From positions 1-64,000 of the forward strand of contig JBCCQY010000005.1 in assembly GCA_039208735.1 (NCBI GenBank): a DNA stretch of 64,000 nt, read 5' to 3'. Positions 38,058-47,773 of the stretch are shown piece after piece (position 1 is the first letter of the stretch; the number at the start of each line of letters is the position of its first letter). The notes under the pieces are model-generated. The model was not told the DNA's origin, searched no databases, and worked only from the letters and a program-made list of their open reading frames with translations. The stretch is from Myxococcota bacterium. GTDB lineage: Bacteria > Myxococcota_A > UBA796 > GCA-2862545. Position numbers and translations under genes: made by a program.

Positions 38058-40181
38058 ATGCACAATCGTGAGGATTTGGTCAAAGGCGCCACTGCGGAGG
38101 AGCCTTTGGACAAGGCCGAGGATCGCGCAGTACCCGAAGTGAAGGAAAGTGACGTCGCGGCAACCCCCACCGTCGCGGAACCGTCGCCATTTGCCAGCCC
38201 GCCGGTCGAAACGCCTCCTGAACCTGCCCCTAAGCCCGCTCCGGCGCTTGTTCCGGAGCCTACCCCCGAGGTGATTCCCGAGCCTGCCGAGGACGATTCG
38301 GCTTGGTCGGATGAGAATCGTCAGTACCTCGTGGCGTGTGTTCGACAGCTCCAAGGGGTGCTTCAACGGTCACCATCGGCGCGACAGGCCGATGAAGCCA
38401 TCGTCGCGGACGCCCGCGCCCGCATGTCCCGAACGCCCGCCCTTGAACAAACCGTGGCGGCCTTTGGGCTTTCACCATTCGAACGTGACGTGCTGCTGCT
38501 TGCGGCGGCCCCGGAACTGGATCCGGAGTTTGCCGACATCGTTGGAAAGACCCTTGGCGATCGGAAGCGGACCCGACCGACGCTAGGCCTTGCCCTCGCG
38601 TACCTGACCGACCCCCATTGGTCCGCCTTTACGCCCGGGGCCCCACTGCGACGGTGGGGGCTTGTGGATCTGCAGGCGGGACCCATCCTGACCCAGCGTC
38701 CGCTGGTCTGTCCCGAACGAACGTTGCATCACCTGCTCGGGGCCAAGGTGGTTGAGCCCGAGCTGGCGGCACGCGTTCGCACGGTCCCCCAACCCTCGTC
38801 GGTCTCCGCCAGCCGAAAACCGGCCGTGGAGGCTTGCGTGGCGGCATGGGCGCAGACGCCATCGCCGGTTCTGTTGGTCGTGGGACGAGAGGTGAGCACG
38901 TTGGAGCAAACGGTGTCGGCGGCGGCCCGTTCGCGCGGAGGTCGGGTCCTTCGCCTGCGAATCGACGATCTGCCGGCCACCGCCGAAGCAAGGGCGCGAT
39001 TCCTCACCGTGTTGGGGCTCGAAATGGCGCTCGAGCAAGCGGTTCTGCTCATTGACGCCTTTGATGCGAGGCCCGAGGACCTCGCGGTGCTGCGGGCGCT
39101 TGCCGAAGACGCGACCGCGCCCATCGCGGTGATCGCCCGGAATGCGATCGGCCTGGGCAGAGCACCCGTCGTGCGGGTCGAGGTCGAACCTGCGACGCCG
39201 GACGAACAGCGTGTCGCCTGGCAGCAGGCGCTAGCGGGAGCCACCGATGCGGTCGTCGATCGCTTCGTGGCGACGTTCGATCTGGATCCCAACGCGATTG
39301 CGGAGCTAGGCATTGGCGATGCGCCCCTCGATGAGGCGACGGCCTGGCAGGAAGCCCGCGCCCACGGGCGTCCGCGGATGCTGACATTCACTCATCCCAT
39401 TTCGACCGGGGCCACCTTCGATGACATCGTGCTGCCCGAACTGCAGACCACGATGCTGCATGACATCGTGGCTCAGGTCCGGCACCGGGCCACGGTGTAC
39501 GAACGTTGGGGGTTTGCCAAGCGATCGGGCCGTGGGATGGGCATCGCGGCGTTGTTTGCGGGTCCCAGCGGGACGGGCAAGACGCTTGCGGCCGAAGTCA
39601 TCAGCCACGCGCTCGAACTGGACCTGTACCGCATCGATCTAGCGGCCCTCACCGGGGCGCCTGGCGAGGCGGAGCGGAACCTTCGGGGGGTGTTCGATGC
39701 AGCCGCGGCCAGTGGGGCGGTTCTGCTCATCGATGAAGCCGACGCGTTGTTCGGAAAACGGGCCGAAATCCAGCAAGGCGCAGACCGCTACGCGAATCTC
39801 GAGGTGGGGCATCTGCTGCAACAGCTGGAAGCGTACCGAGGGCTCGCCATCCTCACGACCAACCACAAAGGGTCGCTCGACCCGTCGTTGTTGCGTCGGC
39901 TTCGGTTTGTGATCGACTTCCCCATGCCCGATCCCGAATTGCGGGAGCGACTGTGGCAACGGGTGTTCCCGGCGACGGTTCCCGTGGCGGAAGACCTCGA
40001 CATGGCGCGTCTCGCAACGCTAAACCTGACGGGCGGAAACATCCAGAACATCGCGTTGGGAGCAGCGTTCGCCGCGGCAGATGCCGGTGAGCCGCTCGGG
40101 ATGGTGCACGTGCAGCGAGCCGCCAGAGCCGAGTACGCCAAGCTGGGCCGAAATCCTTCGGAAGTCCGCATCACGTCCTGA
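38058..40181 (+). CDS. AAA+ ATPase with N-terminal winged-helix, Afp15/Pvc15 (eCIS-associated) type
   Basis: FGLSPFERDVLLL...ELD, PLRRWGL; ALFAGPSGTGKT, LLIDEADALFGKR, DRYANLEV, RRLRF, GG.I.N. Start at ATG 38058. Confidence 0.85.
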   Translation: MHNREDLVKGATAEEPLDKAEDRAVPEVKESDVAATPTVAEPSPFASPPVETPPEPAPKPAPALVPEPTPEVIPEPAEDDSAWSDENRQYLVACVRQLQGVLQRSPSARQADEAIVADARARMSRTPALEQTVAAFGLSPFERDVLLLAAAPELDPEFADIVGKTLGDRKRTRPTLGLALAYLTDPHWSAFTPGAPLRRWGLVDLQAGPILTQRPLVCPERTLHHLLGAKVVEPELAARVRTVPQPSSVSASRKPAVEACVAAWAQTPSPVLLVVGREVSTLEQTVSAAARSRGGRVLRLRIDDLPATAEARARFLTVLGLEMALEQAVLLIDAFDARPEDLAVLRALAEDATAPIAVIARNAIGLGRAPVVRVEVEPATPDEQRVAWQQALAGATDAVVDRFVATFDLDPNAIAELGIGDAPLDEATAWQEARAHGRPRMLTFTHPISTGATFDDIVLPELQTTMLHDIVAQVRHRATVYERWGFAKRSGRGMGIAALFAGPSGTGKTLAAEVISHALELDLYRIDLAALTGAPGEAERNLRGVFDAAAASGAVLLIDEADALFGKRAEIQQGADRYANLEVGHLLQQLEAYRGLAILTTNHKGSLDPSLLRRLRFVIDFPMPDPELRERLWQRVFPATVPVAEDLDMARLATLNLTGGNIQNIALGAAFAAADAGEPLGMVHVQRAARAEYAKLGRNPSEVRITS

Positions 40182-40231
40182 CTCAGTGCGGAATATTGCA
40201 CAACGGACCGCGATGAGGCACATTCGGGCGC

Positions 40232-41128
40232 ATGCGGTCCGATTCCGAACCTTTGCGTCTTGAAGATCTGCAGGCCTTTGTCGCGGTCACCGAAGCGGGC
40301 AGCCTCACGGGAGCGGCCCGGCGCACCGGGATTCCGAAGTCCACATTGATACGTCGCATCCGCCGGCTCGAGGAAGGGCTGGGGTTGCGAATGCTGACTC
40401 GGACCGCTCGTTCGGCACATCCCACCTTCGTAGGCAGCGAGAGTCTGGCCCGCATCCGAGGCCTTCTCGAGGACGCCGAGGGCGTGCGCGCCGAGTTGAT
40501 GGGCCACGGCGAGGCGCCTCGGGGCAGGCTGCGGGTGAGTGCGCCGGCGGACCTCGCCCACGACGATGAGTTGTGGTTGTCGTTCATGGAGCGCTACCCT
40601 GATGTAGAGCTGCATCTCGACCTCACGAACCGGTTCGTCAACGTCGCTCATGAGGGCTTCGACGTGGCGCTGCGGGGTCGAAGGGGCGAAGATGAGCGAC
40701 TCGTTGCCCAGCGCATCGGCGACCTCGACATGGTGGCGGTGGCCAGTCCCGGGTGGGTCGAGTTGAACGGGGTCCTGACCACCCCCGCTGACTTCATGTC
40801 GGTGGACTGCCTTTTGCTCAAGGAGTTCGTAAGCGAGACTCCCCAGTCCACAACTGCACGCCATCGGGTGTGCAACCAGCTGTCGGTCGTGCGTCAGGGC
40901 GCGTTGCGAGGGTTAGGGGTGGCGATTCTGCCGTGGCATGGCATTCACGAGGACCTTCGGGCGGGCACCCTCGTCCCGGTGCTCGAAGGGTTCAATCCCT
41001 TGACCGTCCCCATGTATGCCGTGTACCCAGATCGGCGTTTCGTGCCCGCGTCAACTCGGGCGCTGCTGGTCTACCTTCGAGAGGCTTTTGAACAGCGTCG
41101 GTCCGAAATTCGTCCAAATGAGACCTGA
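40232..41128 (+). CDS. LysR-family transcriptional regulator (CrgA-like)
   Basis: F.AV.EAGSLT.AAR..G..KST...I.RLEE.LG; PRGRLRVSAP; EGFDVALR. Confidence 0.92.
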   Translation: MRSDSEPLRLEDLQAFVAVTEAGSLTGAARRTGIPKSTLIRRIRRLEEGLGLRMLTRTARSAHPTFVGSESLARIRGLLEDAEGVRAELMGHGEAPRGRLRVSAPADLAHDDELWLSFMERYPDVELHLDLTNRFVNVAHEGFDVALRGRRGEDERLVAQRIGDLDMVAVASPGWVELNGVLTTPADFMSVDCLLLKEFVSETPQSTTARHRVCNQLSVVRQGALRGLGVAILPWHGIHEDLRAGTLVPVLEGFNPLTVPMYAVYPDRRFVPASTRALLVYLREAFEQRRSEIRPNET

Positions 41129-41187
41129 ATCGCACTCTGCCGTCCGAAATCAGTCCTCCATAGAAATCCTGCGTTCTTGGAGGACAC

Positions 41188-41973
41188 ATGCGAACGACGA
41201 TGTTGGCTTGCCTGCTGATGGGATGCACAGGCGGTGAGGGCTCAGCGCCCGAGACCGGAACTCCCGCAGAAACCGGGGCCCCTGTTGAAACAGGAGCCCC
41301 TGACAATGATGCGACCGACGATGTCGGAGGGCTGGTGATTCGCCAGTTGAAGCCCGACGTGGCCTTGGCCGACTTCGAAGCGGCACGGGACGCCTATGTG
41401 GCGGCGTTGGAGGCACAGCCTGGGATTTCGACGGATCGTGAATTCGAGGCCTTTGTCGACTTTGGCACCTTTGCCGCGCCCGAGCCGGCTGTGTTCATTG
41501 GGTTTACCCAGGGAGATTCATTGGCCGCGTTTCAGGCTGCGGCCGATGCTGTGGGCACGACTCCTGAGGCGGCGACCTTCTTTGGAAGCTTCGATCTCGT
41601 GACATTCGGCCTGCTGGCTCCGCTCGAAGCGGGAACGCCGGTAGATCTCGCGGGGATTGCTTCGGAGGAGGGGCAGATCCTTGAAGTCGCGGTTCGGGAC
41701 TTTTCGACCTACCCCGACTTTGACCTCGCGGCGTACGAGGCCGCGCGCGACACCTTCCTCCCCATCCTGGGAGCGCAGCCGGGGGTGGTCGCGGAGTTTC
41801 AGTGGATCTCGCCTGCGGATCCCAACCTCGCGGTCGGCATGACCGTTTACACGGATCAGGCAAGCTACGTGGCCGTAGCCACCGACGAAAAGCTCACCGG
41901 CTCGCCCGAATACATCGCGTTTGTGCAGGGTTATCCGCTGGCGGCGGGGTACGCCGCGACCGTCGTGAAGTAA
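41188..41973 (+). CDS. Lipoprotein with two tandem alpha+beta-barrel-like (ABM/Dabb-like) domains
   Basis: Lipobox LMGC; PxETG linker repeats; duplicated FEAARDAYVAALEAQPG / YEAARDTFLPILGAQPG. Confidence 0.65.
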   Translation: MRTTMLACLLMGCTGGEGSAPETGTPAETGAPVETGAPDNDATDDVGGLVIRQLKPDVALADFEAARDAYVAALEAQPGISTDREFEAFVDFGTFAAPEPAVFIGFTQGDSLAAFQAAADAVGTTPEAATFFGSFDLVTFGLLAPLEAGTPVDLAGIASEEGQILEVAVRDFSTYPDFDLAAYEAARDTFLPILGAQPGVVAEFQWISPADPNLAVGMTVYTDQASYVAVATDEKLTGSPEYIAFVQGYPLAAGYAATVVK

Positions 41974-42007
41974 CAGGGCATCGCCCGATCGAAGCCTGCA
42001 GGCCGTA

Positions 42008-43174
42008 CTACTGCTGAAAGCAGTACAATCGCTTCTCTACGTTGCATCCCGCCGTATTCGCTGAGGACCAAGTCGACGCGCTACTCGTCGACCCCGCCCG
42101 GCCCTTCTGTGCGTTGCCGCCGATGGTCCAATCGAGGCAGTTTGCTGAAGGAAACGCGTTGCCCGCGTCGTTGGTGCCGGTCCAGACATTGCCAAAAGCG
42201 GTGTCCTCTTCCTGACCATGCTCATTGTGATCGATGGCCCTTGCGAGGTCACCATCCACGAGGTCGACCCAATCACTCGCGATGATGGGGTCGGTTCCGC
42301 CAAGCAACGAATACTCGCCCGCAAACTGGCGGAAACGACTGCTCGGTGCGTCGGCGGCCTCGGTCGATAGCCAGGCCCGGAATACACCGTCGAGGGGCGG
42401 GGAGGCGCTGTCGCGAGCGAGCCTGTTGCAGGCGATGTCACCGCCGCGGATGCCGCCCAGGTCTCCGTCATAGCTCATCGAGGTCACAAACACGTCCTTG
42501 ACGACGTCTTCATCGGCCATCTCGACGCAGTACAGCCGCCGCTCGTCATCACAGTCTCCGGTGTTGCCTGACGTCCAGCCGGCATCGGACCGCGTCAGGA
42601 CACCGCCCACTCCGTTCTGGAATGAGAGGTTGCTCGTCCAATCGATGCAATCCTGCCCCGAGGCTTGCCCGGTCGGCGTTGTGGCGGTCCACACGCCAAT
42701 GTCATCGGTGATGGCCTGTCCAAGTTCGTCGCGGTCGATGGCCACGGCGTGTTTGGGGGTCGTGAACTCCGAGAAATTCTCGGCGATGCGCACGCCGTCG
42801 GTCCGCTCATAGGGGGTGTCGGACCCAGGGAGGCGGTCCGTGACGTCCTGGCCGCTTACCGACAACCAAGCCCGAAACAGCCCATCGAGCCCCGCCGCTT
42901 GGGCGTGGTCGTTGCAGATCACGTCGGCTCCCACGGTCCCCTGAAGGTTGCCGTCGTAGACGGCGCTCGTGGCAAACACCCGGAGGGGGGGCCGCACGAG
43001 CCCAGTCTCACCCGTTTGGCCGGTTTGACCAGTCATGGCGGTGGCCTTCGGGGTGGGAGCGGTGTCGGTCGTCCCGGTCATGTCTGGGTTGCCGGTCTCT
43101 TGGTTCGTGTCGGTCGGGAACGGAACGGGTACGACCGGAGCACTCACACACCCGCCTAAAAGCAAAATGACCAT
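42008..43174 (-). CDS. Lipoprotein with two DUF1554-like (endostatin/C-lectin-like) domains
   Basis: Two copies of VF.TS..YDG.L.G..G.D..CN..A...FRAWLS...VWT.T...C.DWT...C....RLYC. Confidence 0.8.
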   Translation of the reverse strand: MVILLLGGCVSAPVVPVPFPTDTNQETGNPDMTGTTDTAPTPKATAMTGQTGQTGETGLVRPPLRVFATSAVYDGNLQGTVGADVICNDHAQAAGLDGLFRAWLSVSGQDVTDRLPGSDTPYERTDGVRIAENFSEFTTPKHAVAIDRDELGQAITDDIGVWTATTPTGQASGQDCIDWTSNLSFQNGVGGVLTRSDAGWTSGNTGDCDDERRLYCVEMADEDVVKDVFVTSMSYDGDLGGIRGGDIACNRLARDSASPPLDGVFRAWLSTEAADAPSSRFRQFAGEYSLLGGTDPIIASDWVDLVDGDLARAIDHNEHGQEEDTAFGNVWTGTNDAGNAFPSANCLDWTIGGNAQKGRAGSTSSASTWSSANTAGCNVEKRLYCFQQ

Positions 43175-43628
43175 ACTCCCCTCCTCCTCGGGAGCGCAGC
43201 ATAGTCAGCGATGCCCATGGTAACTTTGCACACATGCATGAACGCTTTTGGATCCATACGATTTTCTACTTGTGGTGGCCCTCCTTCGGCTCTGCAGAGA
43301 TCGCGTTGACAGGGTCAACCGGTCCATAGGCACAGCGAAATCTACGAACCGGCGCTTTGGTGCCTGGCCTCAGGCCATCCCTTCCACAAACGCCAGCGGC
43401 TGCACCTACCTCATCTTGCCCTGAACGAGAAAGACGCGTATCGGGGGCCGTCGGAGCGATCCGGCGATCTACCCTACGCGCTGGAGGTCGTTGGCGACTT
43501 GGGGGTCGTTGCCGCGAAGGATGTCGATCAAACTTGCAAGCTTGCTCATATTGCGTAAATGGTCAATACCGCAGTGGCTATTCTCCTTGATTGCGCGTTG
43601 CTGCTGGCTCACAATTGCAAGGTGGTTG

Positions 43629-45572
43629 ATGATCAGCTCAAGAGTACTTCTGGGGTGTCTGTTCTTAGCCCCAACGCTGGGATTTGCGTCGGAGCCGGAT
43701 GACCTCGATTTTCCCGAGGGTGAAGCGGATCTGGACGACTGGGTCGATGACGATGGCGTTCCCGACGGGCCACCGGGCGACGAAGAGGACGAGTCGACTT
43801 GCAGCCTGGCGTCGGGCCAGGTCGGTTTGTCGTTTGCGTCGGTGGATCCACCCTCGTTCGTTCTCCCCGCCCTTCTGCAAGGGGAGTCCTGGACCGTGGA
43901 GGGCGTCGGAACGAACTACTTCACTCGTGATGAACACCTGGTCGTTCCGCCCGGCTCCGCGACGGTTGACACGCAGTTTACCTACGTTCCAACCCAGACC
44001 ATGAAGGATGCGACGGCCATTCGTCCGCTCGTGGTCAAGCTCCGAGCTCTCCGCAAGCGTCTAGACGGGCAAATCCTAGGCGTCTACCCACTGCGGCCTC
44101 TGCTGTACAGCAAGTTCAATGGTACGCACTCCTGGAAGTTGCTGCAGCATAACCCAAATTACTACGTAGATCCTGGATTTCTAGACTTCCCGTCGTGGTA
44201 CGCCGACCTGGTCACGCCGACAAATCCTGAGCCCTTCAATACAACGGGGGGGAGCGGAAGTGTCGGGTCGACCGTCGACGTGAATGTCTGTGTCTGGATC
44301 CAGACGTCCTTTACGGATTTCGAACCGAACAATGGTTGGGACGGGTTCGGTCGCGAGGACTTCTTCTTCGATGATTCGAACAAACAAGCACGGGGCGTTT
44401 ACGTCGGTGCTACGTCGATCAACAACATCGCAAACGGCGGCTCGGATCAACACTTTGCGGGCGCATTCCTGAATTGGAAGGACAACGAGCCGCTCAGCGC
44501 GTCAGGTGGCGGCGTGATTCCTGCCGGCTGTACCGTGCTCGACCTGGTTCCAGGGGAAACCTATGAGTTCAAAGCAGGTAGCATTCTCGAAATCGACCAC
44601 ATCGAACTCAACGTTCTCGATGGGACGTTCCGGAAGGGCATCACGGTTACCGTTCTTAGAGATTTGAACGCCACGCCTGGGAGCGCGGCAGAAACTCGCT
44701 ACACGGTTCCCGCCACGTTCGGAACGTTTCAGTCCGTGATCGACAACGGACACGTCGCCTGGAACATGGCCGCTATGTTGGGCTTCGGTCTCTACCGGAA
44801 GCGAATCAACGACATGAACTTGGTCGAAGCCTACTGGGACGACTCTCCGATCGGCTGCACGACCTGCGCCAACCGACACAAGCTCTTCGTTGACGAAACC
44901 ACACTGCACGAACAACGATTCCCCATGCTCCACGAGATGGGTCATGTGGTGGCGTACTACGCCGATGATCAGCGCAAGCCTAACTTCTCGTACAAGGCGA
45001 ATGCCTCTGGTAGCTGCGACGCCAACAACTCACACCAAATCGAGCACGAGGAGTGGGCGTCGGCAGCGGCCGTCGAGGGCATGGCGCACTTCTACGCCGG
45101 AACAGTGCTCAACAAACAGGTCGAGTTTGATTGTCAGGTGGTTCAGGTCGGCATCGATTTCAACAACGATGGGGCAGTAGGGCAGCCGGTCACAGGCAAC
45201 GAGTTCTTCCTCCCTCACTCCTGCGAGGACGGTCCCTACCTCGTGTCGGGCATCGAGGATCGGCTAGACGGTACCGCCTGGGATGACGGCGACTACATGG
45301 AACAGGAGTGCGAGATGCCGGGCCCCGACGATCGGCACACGCCGTACGACTGGATGCGCTTCTTCTGGGACCTCGATACTGACCAGAGCTTCACTTTCGG
45401 GCGCATCATGAGACTTTGGAACAACGCCGACCCCCACAACTGGGACAAGAATTCGGCCAACATGAGCGATCCGGACAAGGTACGCAACCGGCTCATCCTC
45501 ACGGCAGGTCCCGCAGTGAATCGGCCAAACGAAGTGAGCATCGAAGCCGCCGCGAACGGAGTTCATCGGTGA
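43629..45572 (+). CDS. Secreted zincin-type metallopeptidase-like protein
   Basis: Signal peptide from ATG 43629; LHEMGH plus AAAVEG.AHFY; Cys/Asp/Asn-rich. Confidence 0.6.
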   Translation: MISSRVLLGCLFLAPTLGFASEPDDLDFPEGEADLDDWVDDDGVPDGPPGDEEDESTCSLASGQVGLSFASVDPPSFVLPALLQGESWTVEGVGTNYFTRDEHLVVPPGSATVDTQFTYVPTQTMKDATAIRPLVVKLRALRKRLDGQILGVYPLRPLLYSKFNGTHSWKLLQHNPNYYVDPGFLDFPSWYADLVTPTNPEPFNTTGGSGSVGSTVDVNVCVWIQTSFTDFEPNNGWDGFGREDFFFDDSNKQARGVYVGATSINNIANGGSDQHFAGAFLNWKDNEPLSASGGGVIPAGCTVLDLVPGETYEFKAGSILEIDHIELNVLDGTFRKGITVTVLRDLNATPGSAAETRYTVPATFGTFQSVIDNGHVAWNMAAMLGFGLYRKRINDMNLVEAYWDDSPIGCTTCANRHKLFVDETTLHEQRFPMLHEMGHVVAYYADDQRKPNFSYKANASGSCDANNSHQIEHEEWASAAAVEGMAHFYAGTVLNKQVEFDCQVVQVGIDFNNDGAVGQPVTGNEFFLPHSCEDGPYLVSGIEDRLDGTAWDDGDYMEQECEMPGPDDRHTPYDWMRFFWDLDTDQSFTFGRIMRLWNNADPHNWDKNSANMSDPDKVRNRLILTAGPAVNRPNEVSIEAAANGVHR

Positions 45573-46990
45573 AACACTCGAAAGCTCTGGTGGGGGTCGT
45601 TGGTTTCGCGATCTTCGGATGTTCACAACCCGACATGGCCCGCAACGGGACCCGTCTGCCGGTCGTCGAGCCTGACGAGCACGCCAGGGGGTTCGTCTAC
45701 GGCGACATCGAAGGACACACACTTGGAAGTACCGTTGCGTGTGGACCCGACGTGGATGGGAACGGGCTTGGTGATGTTTCCTTCACGGCCGACAACTTTG
45801 ACTACCAGATTCGGCTCGCCGACACGAGTCGGGCGATCTACCGTGCGAATGGACCCCTAGTCGATCGTGTCCGCCACGACGAAATCGATGGCTGGCATAT
45901 CCGCGAGGGGGCCCTCCTCACACCCAGCTTTGGCCATGGGCACGTGCTCCTCGAGGCTCCACACCCAGCAGGACTCCTCTTCGTGGGCACGACCAACGAC
46001 CTTGATCGAGAGCCTGAACAAGATGGCACGCAGATGGCCCGCTTCGCGAGGACGAACGAGGCCGAGGTGGCCGATGTCCGTGATGCCTACATCAACTTCG
46101 CGGGGACAAGTGCACTGAATGCCCAGCTTCTTCCTGACCTCAATGGAGACGGCCTTCCGGAGGTGGCGCTTGGCCATAATCGCTTCGGCGTGCTGATCCT
46201 GACTGCGCCGCCGAATGGCGAGGTGGATGTCGAGGAAGCTGCGTGGGCAACACTCGGCATCCCGGAGGAGAACTCGACCGCAATCGTTGGCAGTAGCTTG
46301 TTGCCCGGTGATTTCGACGGCGACGGGTCCACCGACCTCTCGGTTCAGGTGATCGGGGCGGACCATCCGTTTCCGGGTGAGGTGGTGGTCGTCTTCGGGC
46401 CTTTGGAGCCGGGCTCCTACGCGCTCGGCACGGGCAGCCGTGAGCTCGCCATCGACGGGCTTCGCGAGGCCGGTTTGACGCGGTTGGGTCAAGCGTCAGG
46501 GGACTTGAATGGCGATGGAATCGACGATCTGATTTTGGCGACCCATACTGGACCGGATGGGGGTTGGGTTCGGGTCTACTTCGGCCCTCTCATGCCAGGC
46601 ATTCTCAGTGCAGACTCGGCGGATGTGGTTCTTGCACCTGAACAACCCGGAGCTTGGTTCGGCACGTCCGTCGTCGTCGGGGACTTCGATGGATCAGGCG
46701 ACCCTGCTCTTGCGATTGGTGCGAGCATGAACGGCTTTTATGACGAGGATGCCCCTCCCGGACTGGTGTACGTGATGCGGGCCCCGTTCCTGGCCGGAGC
46801 TCGGGTTCCAGACGATGTTCAGACCGTGCTCCAAGGGAAGCACCCCCGGGACAACTTTGGGTGGTCGCTTGCGGCTTGCGATACCGATCGAGACGGTCGC
46901 GATGAGCTCGTGATTGGAGCGACGGATCACACGGAGCGGCGACGAGCGCAGCGAGGTGGCGCGGTCTATCATTCGGTCGTCCCACCGTGA
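45569..46990 (+). CDS. FG-GAP/integrin-alpha repeat lipoprotein
   Basis: GTGA overlap with the upstream stop; lipobox-like IFGC; DVDGNGLGD, DLNGDGLPE, GDFDGDGSTD, GDLNGDGIDD, FGWSLA..D.D.DG.DE.VIGA. Confidence 0.85.
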   Translation: MKHSKALVGVVGFAIFGCSQPDMARNGTRLPVVEPDEHARGFVYGDIEGHTLGSTVACGPDVDGNGLGDVSFTADNFDYQIRLADTSRAIYRANGPLVDRVRHDEIDGWHIREGALLTPSFGHGHVLLEAPHPAGLLFVGTTNDLDREPEQDGTQMARFARTNEAEVADVRDAYINFAGTSALNAQLLPDLNGDGLPEVALGHNRFGVLILTAPPNGEVDVEEAAWATLGIPEENSTAIVGSSLLPGDFDGDGSTDLSVQVIGADHPFPGEVVVVFGPLEPGSYALGTGSRELAIDGLREAGLTRLGQASGDLNGDGIDDLILATHTGPDGGWVRVYFGPLMPGILSADSADVVLAPEQPGAWFGTSVVVGDFDGSGDPALAIGASMNGFYDEDAPPGLVYVMRAPFLAGARVPDDVQTVLQGKHPRDNFGWSLAACDTDRDGRDELVIGATDHTERRRAQRGGAVYHSVVPP

Positions 46991-47094
46991 ATTCCCGACG
47001 AAGCCAGTGGGTAGCGGAAGACCGATGACGTGCGTCCGCCCCGCGTCAGGGTTCGATACTCGATCATGGCCCGCGCTGGACGTCGGACCAACGG

Positions 47095-47633
47095 ATGCAG
47101 GATGCGCTCGCCGAGCCTCCAGCTCTGCCGCCGCCGGCGTCGGCAAGTCCGAGAGGTTGCGGCAACGCGATGCCGCACCCTGGACCCAGGCCTGTCCGAA
47201 CGAAGCCCAACGCATCCCCCTATGCACGGTGTGGACGACATGGGTGCGAAACACGGGCCCCGACGATCTGTGGGTCGAGGCCTTCGTGTTGCGGGCCGAC
47301 GGCACCACCCGAACCTTGCAGGGCGATGCGGGGCGCCACCGACTGGCCGGTGGGGGCAACGGAGGGGGGGCTCGTGGTGGGCTGCCGAGGCGACTTCACT
47401 CCCGAGGCCACCGCAATGACCGAGCACTTCGTCAGCTGCCTGCAGGGGCCCTACCGGACCGGCGATGTGCTGGTGTGGCAGGGGGTTGGCCCACCAACGA
47501 CGCATGGGTCGGGCACACGGTGATGGTGGTCGACCCCGACCGTTACCTCGGCTGGGGCAGTCACGGATGGGCCACCTCCGACAACCCCGATGCCCGTGCC
47601 CACGGCGGCGGGGCTCTCCTCCTGCGACCCTGA
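47095..47633 (+). pseudogene. Fragmented NlpC/P60-like peptidase remnant
   Basis: Pieces in different frames: TGDVLVWQG and VGHTVMVVDP...WGSHGW; no intact start or catalytic DCS motif. Confidence 0.4.
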
Positions 47634-47740
47634 CACATGTGCTGAGTAGCAGACGAACGGTCAATACAGTGGCCGCTTAGATTGCGCGCAAGCCGCTAAC
47701 CGGCCGCTGGGCTGAGCGACTCATGGGGGCGGACCGGGTT

Positions 47741-47763
47741 GCCGCCCACAAAGCGTGGGCGGC
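47741..47763. terminator. Stem-loop just downstream of the ATP-grasp gene
   Basis: GCCGCCCAC-AAAGC-GTGGGCGGC, a perfect 9-bp stem 10 nt past the stop at 47774; no clear U-tract. Confidence 0.5.
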
Positions 47764-47773
47764 CGGTTCGTAA

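Noticed and set aside
43261..43278. ATTTTCTACTTGTGG, resembling part of a Cas12a repeat
   Set aside because: Single partial copy, no closing GTAGAT stem, no array and no cas gene.
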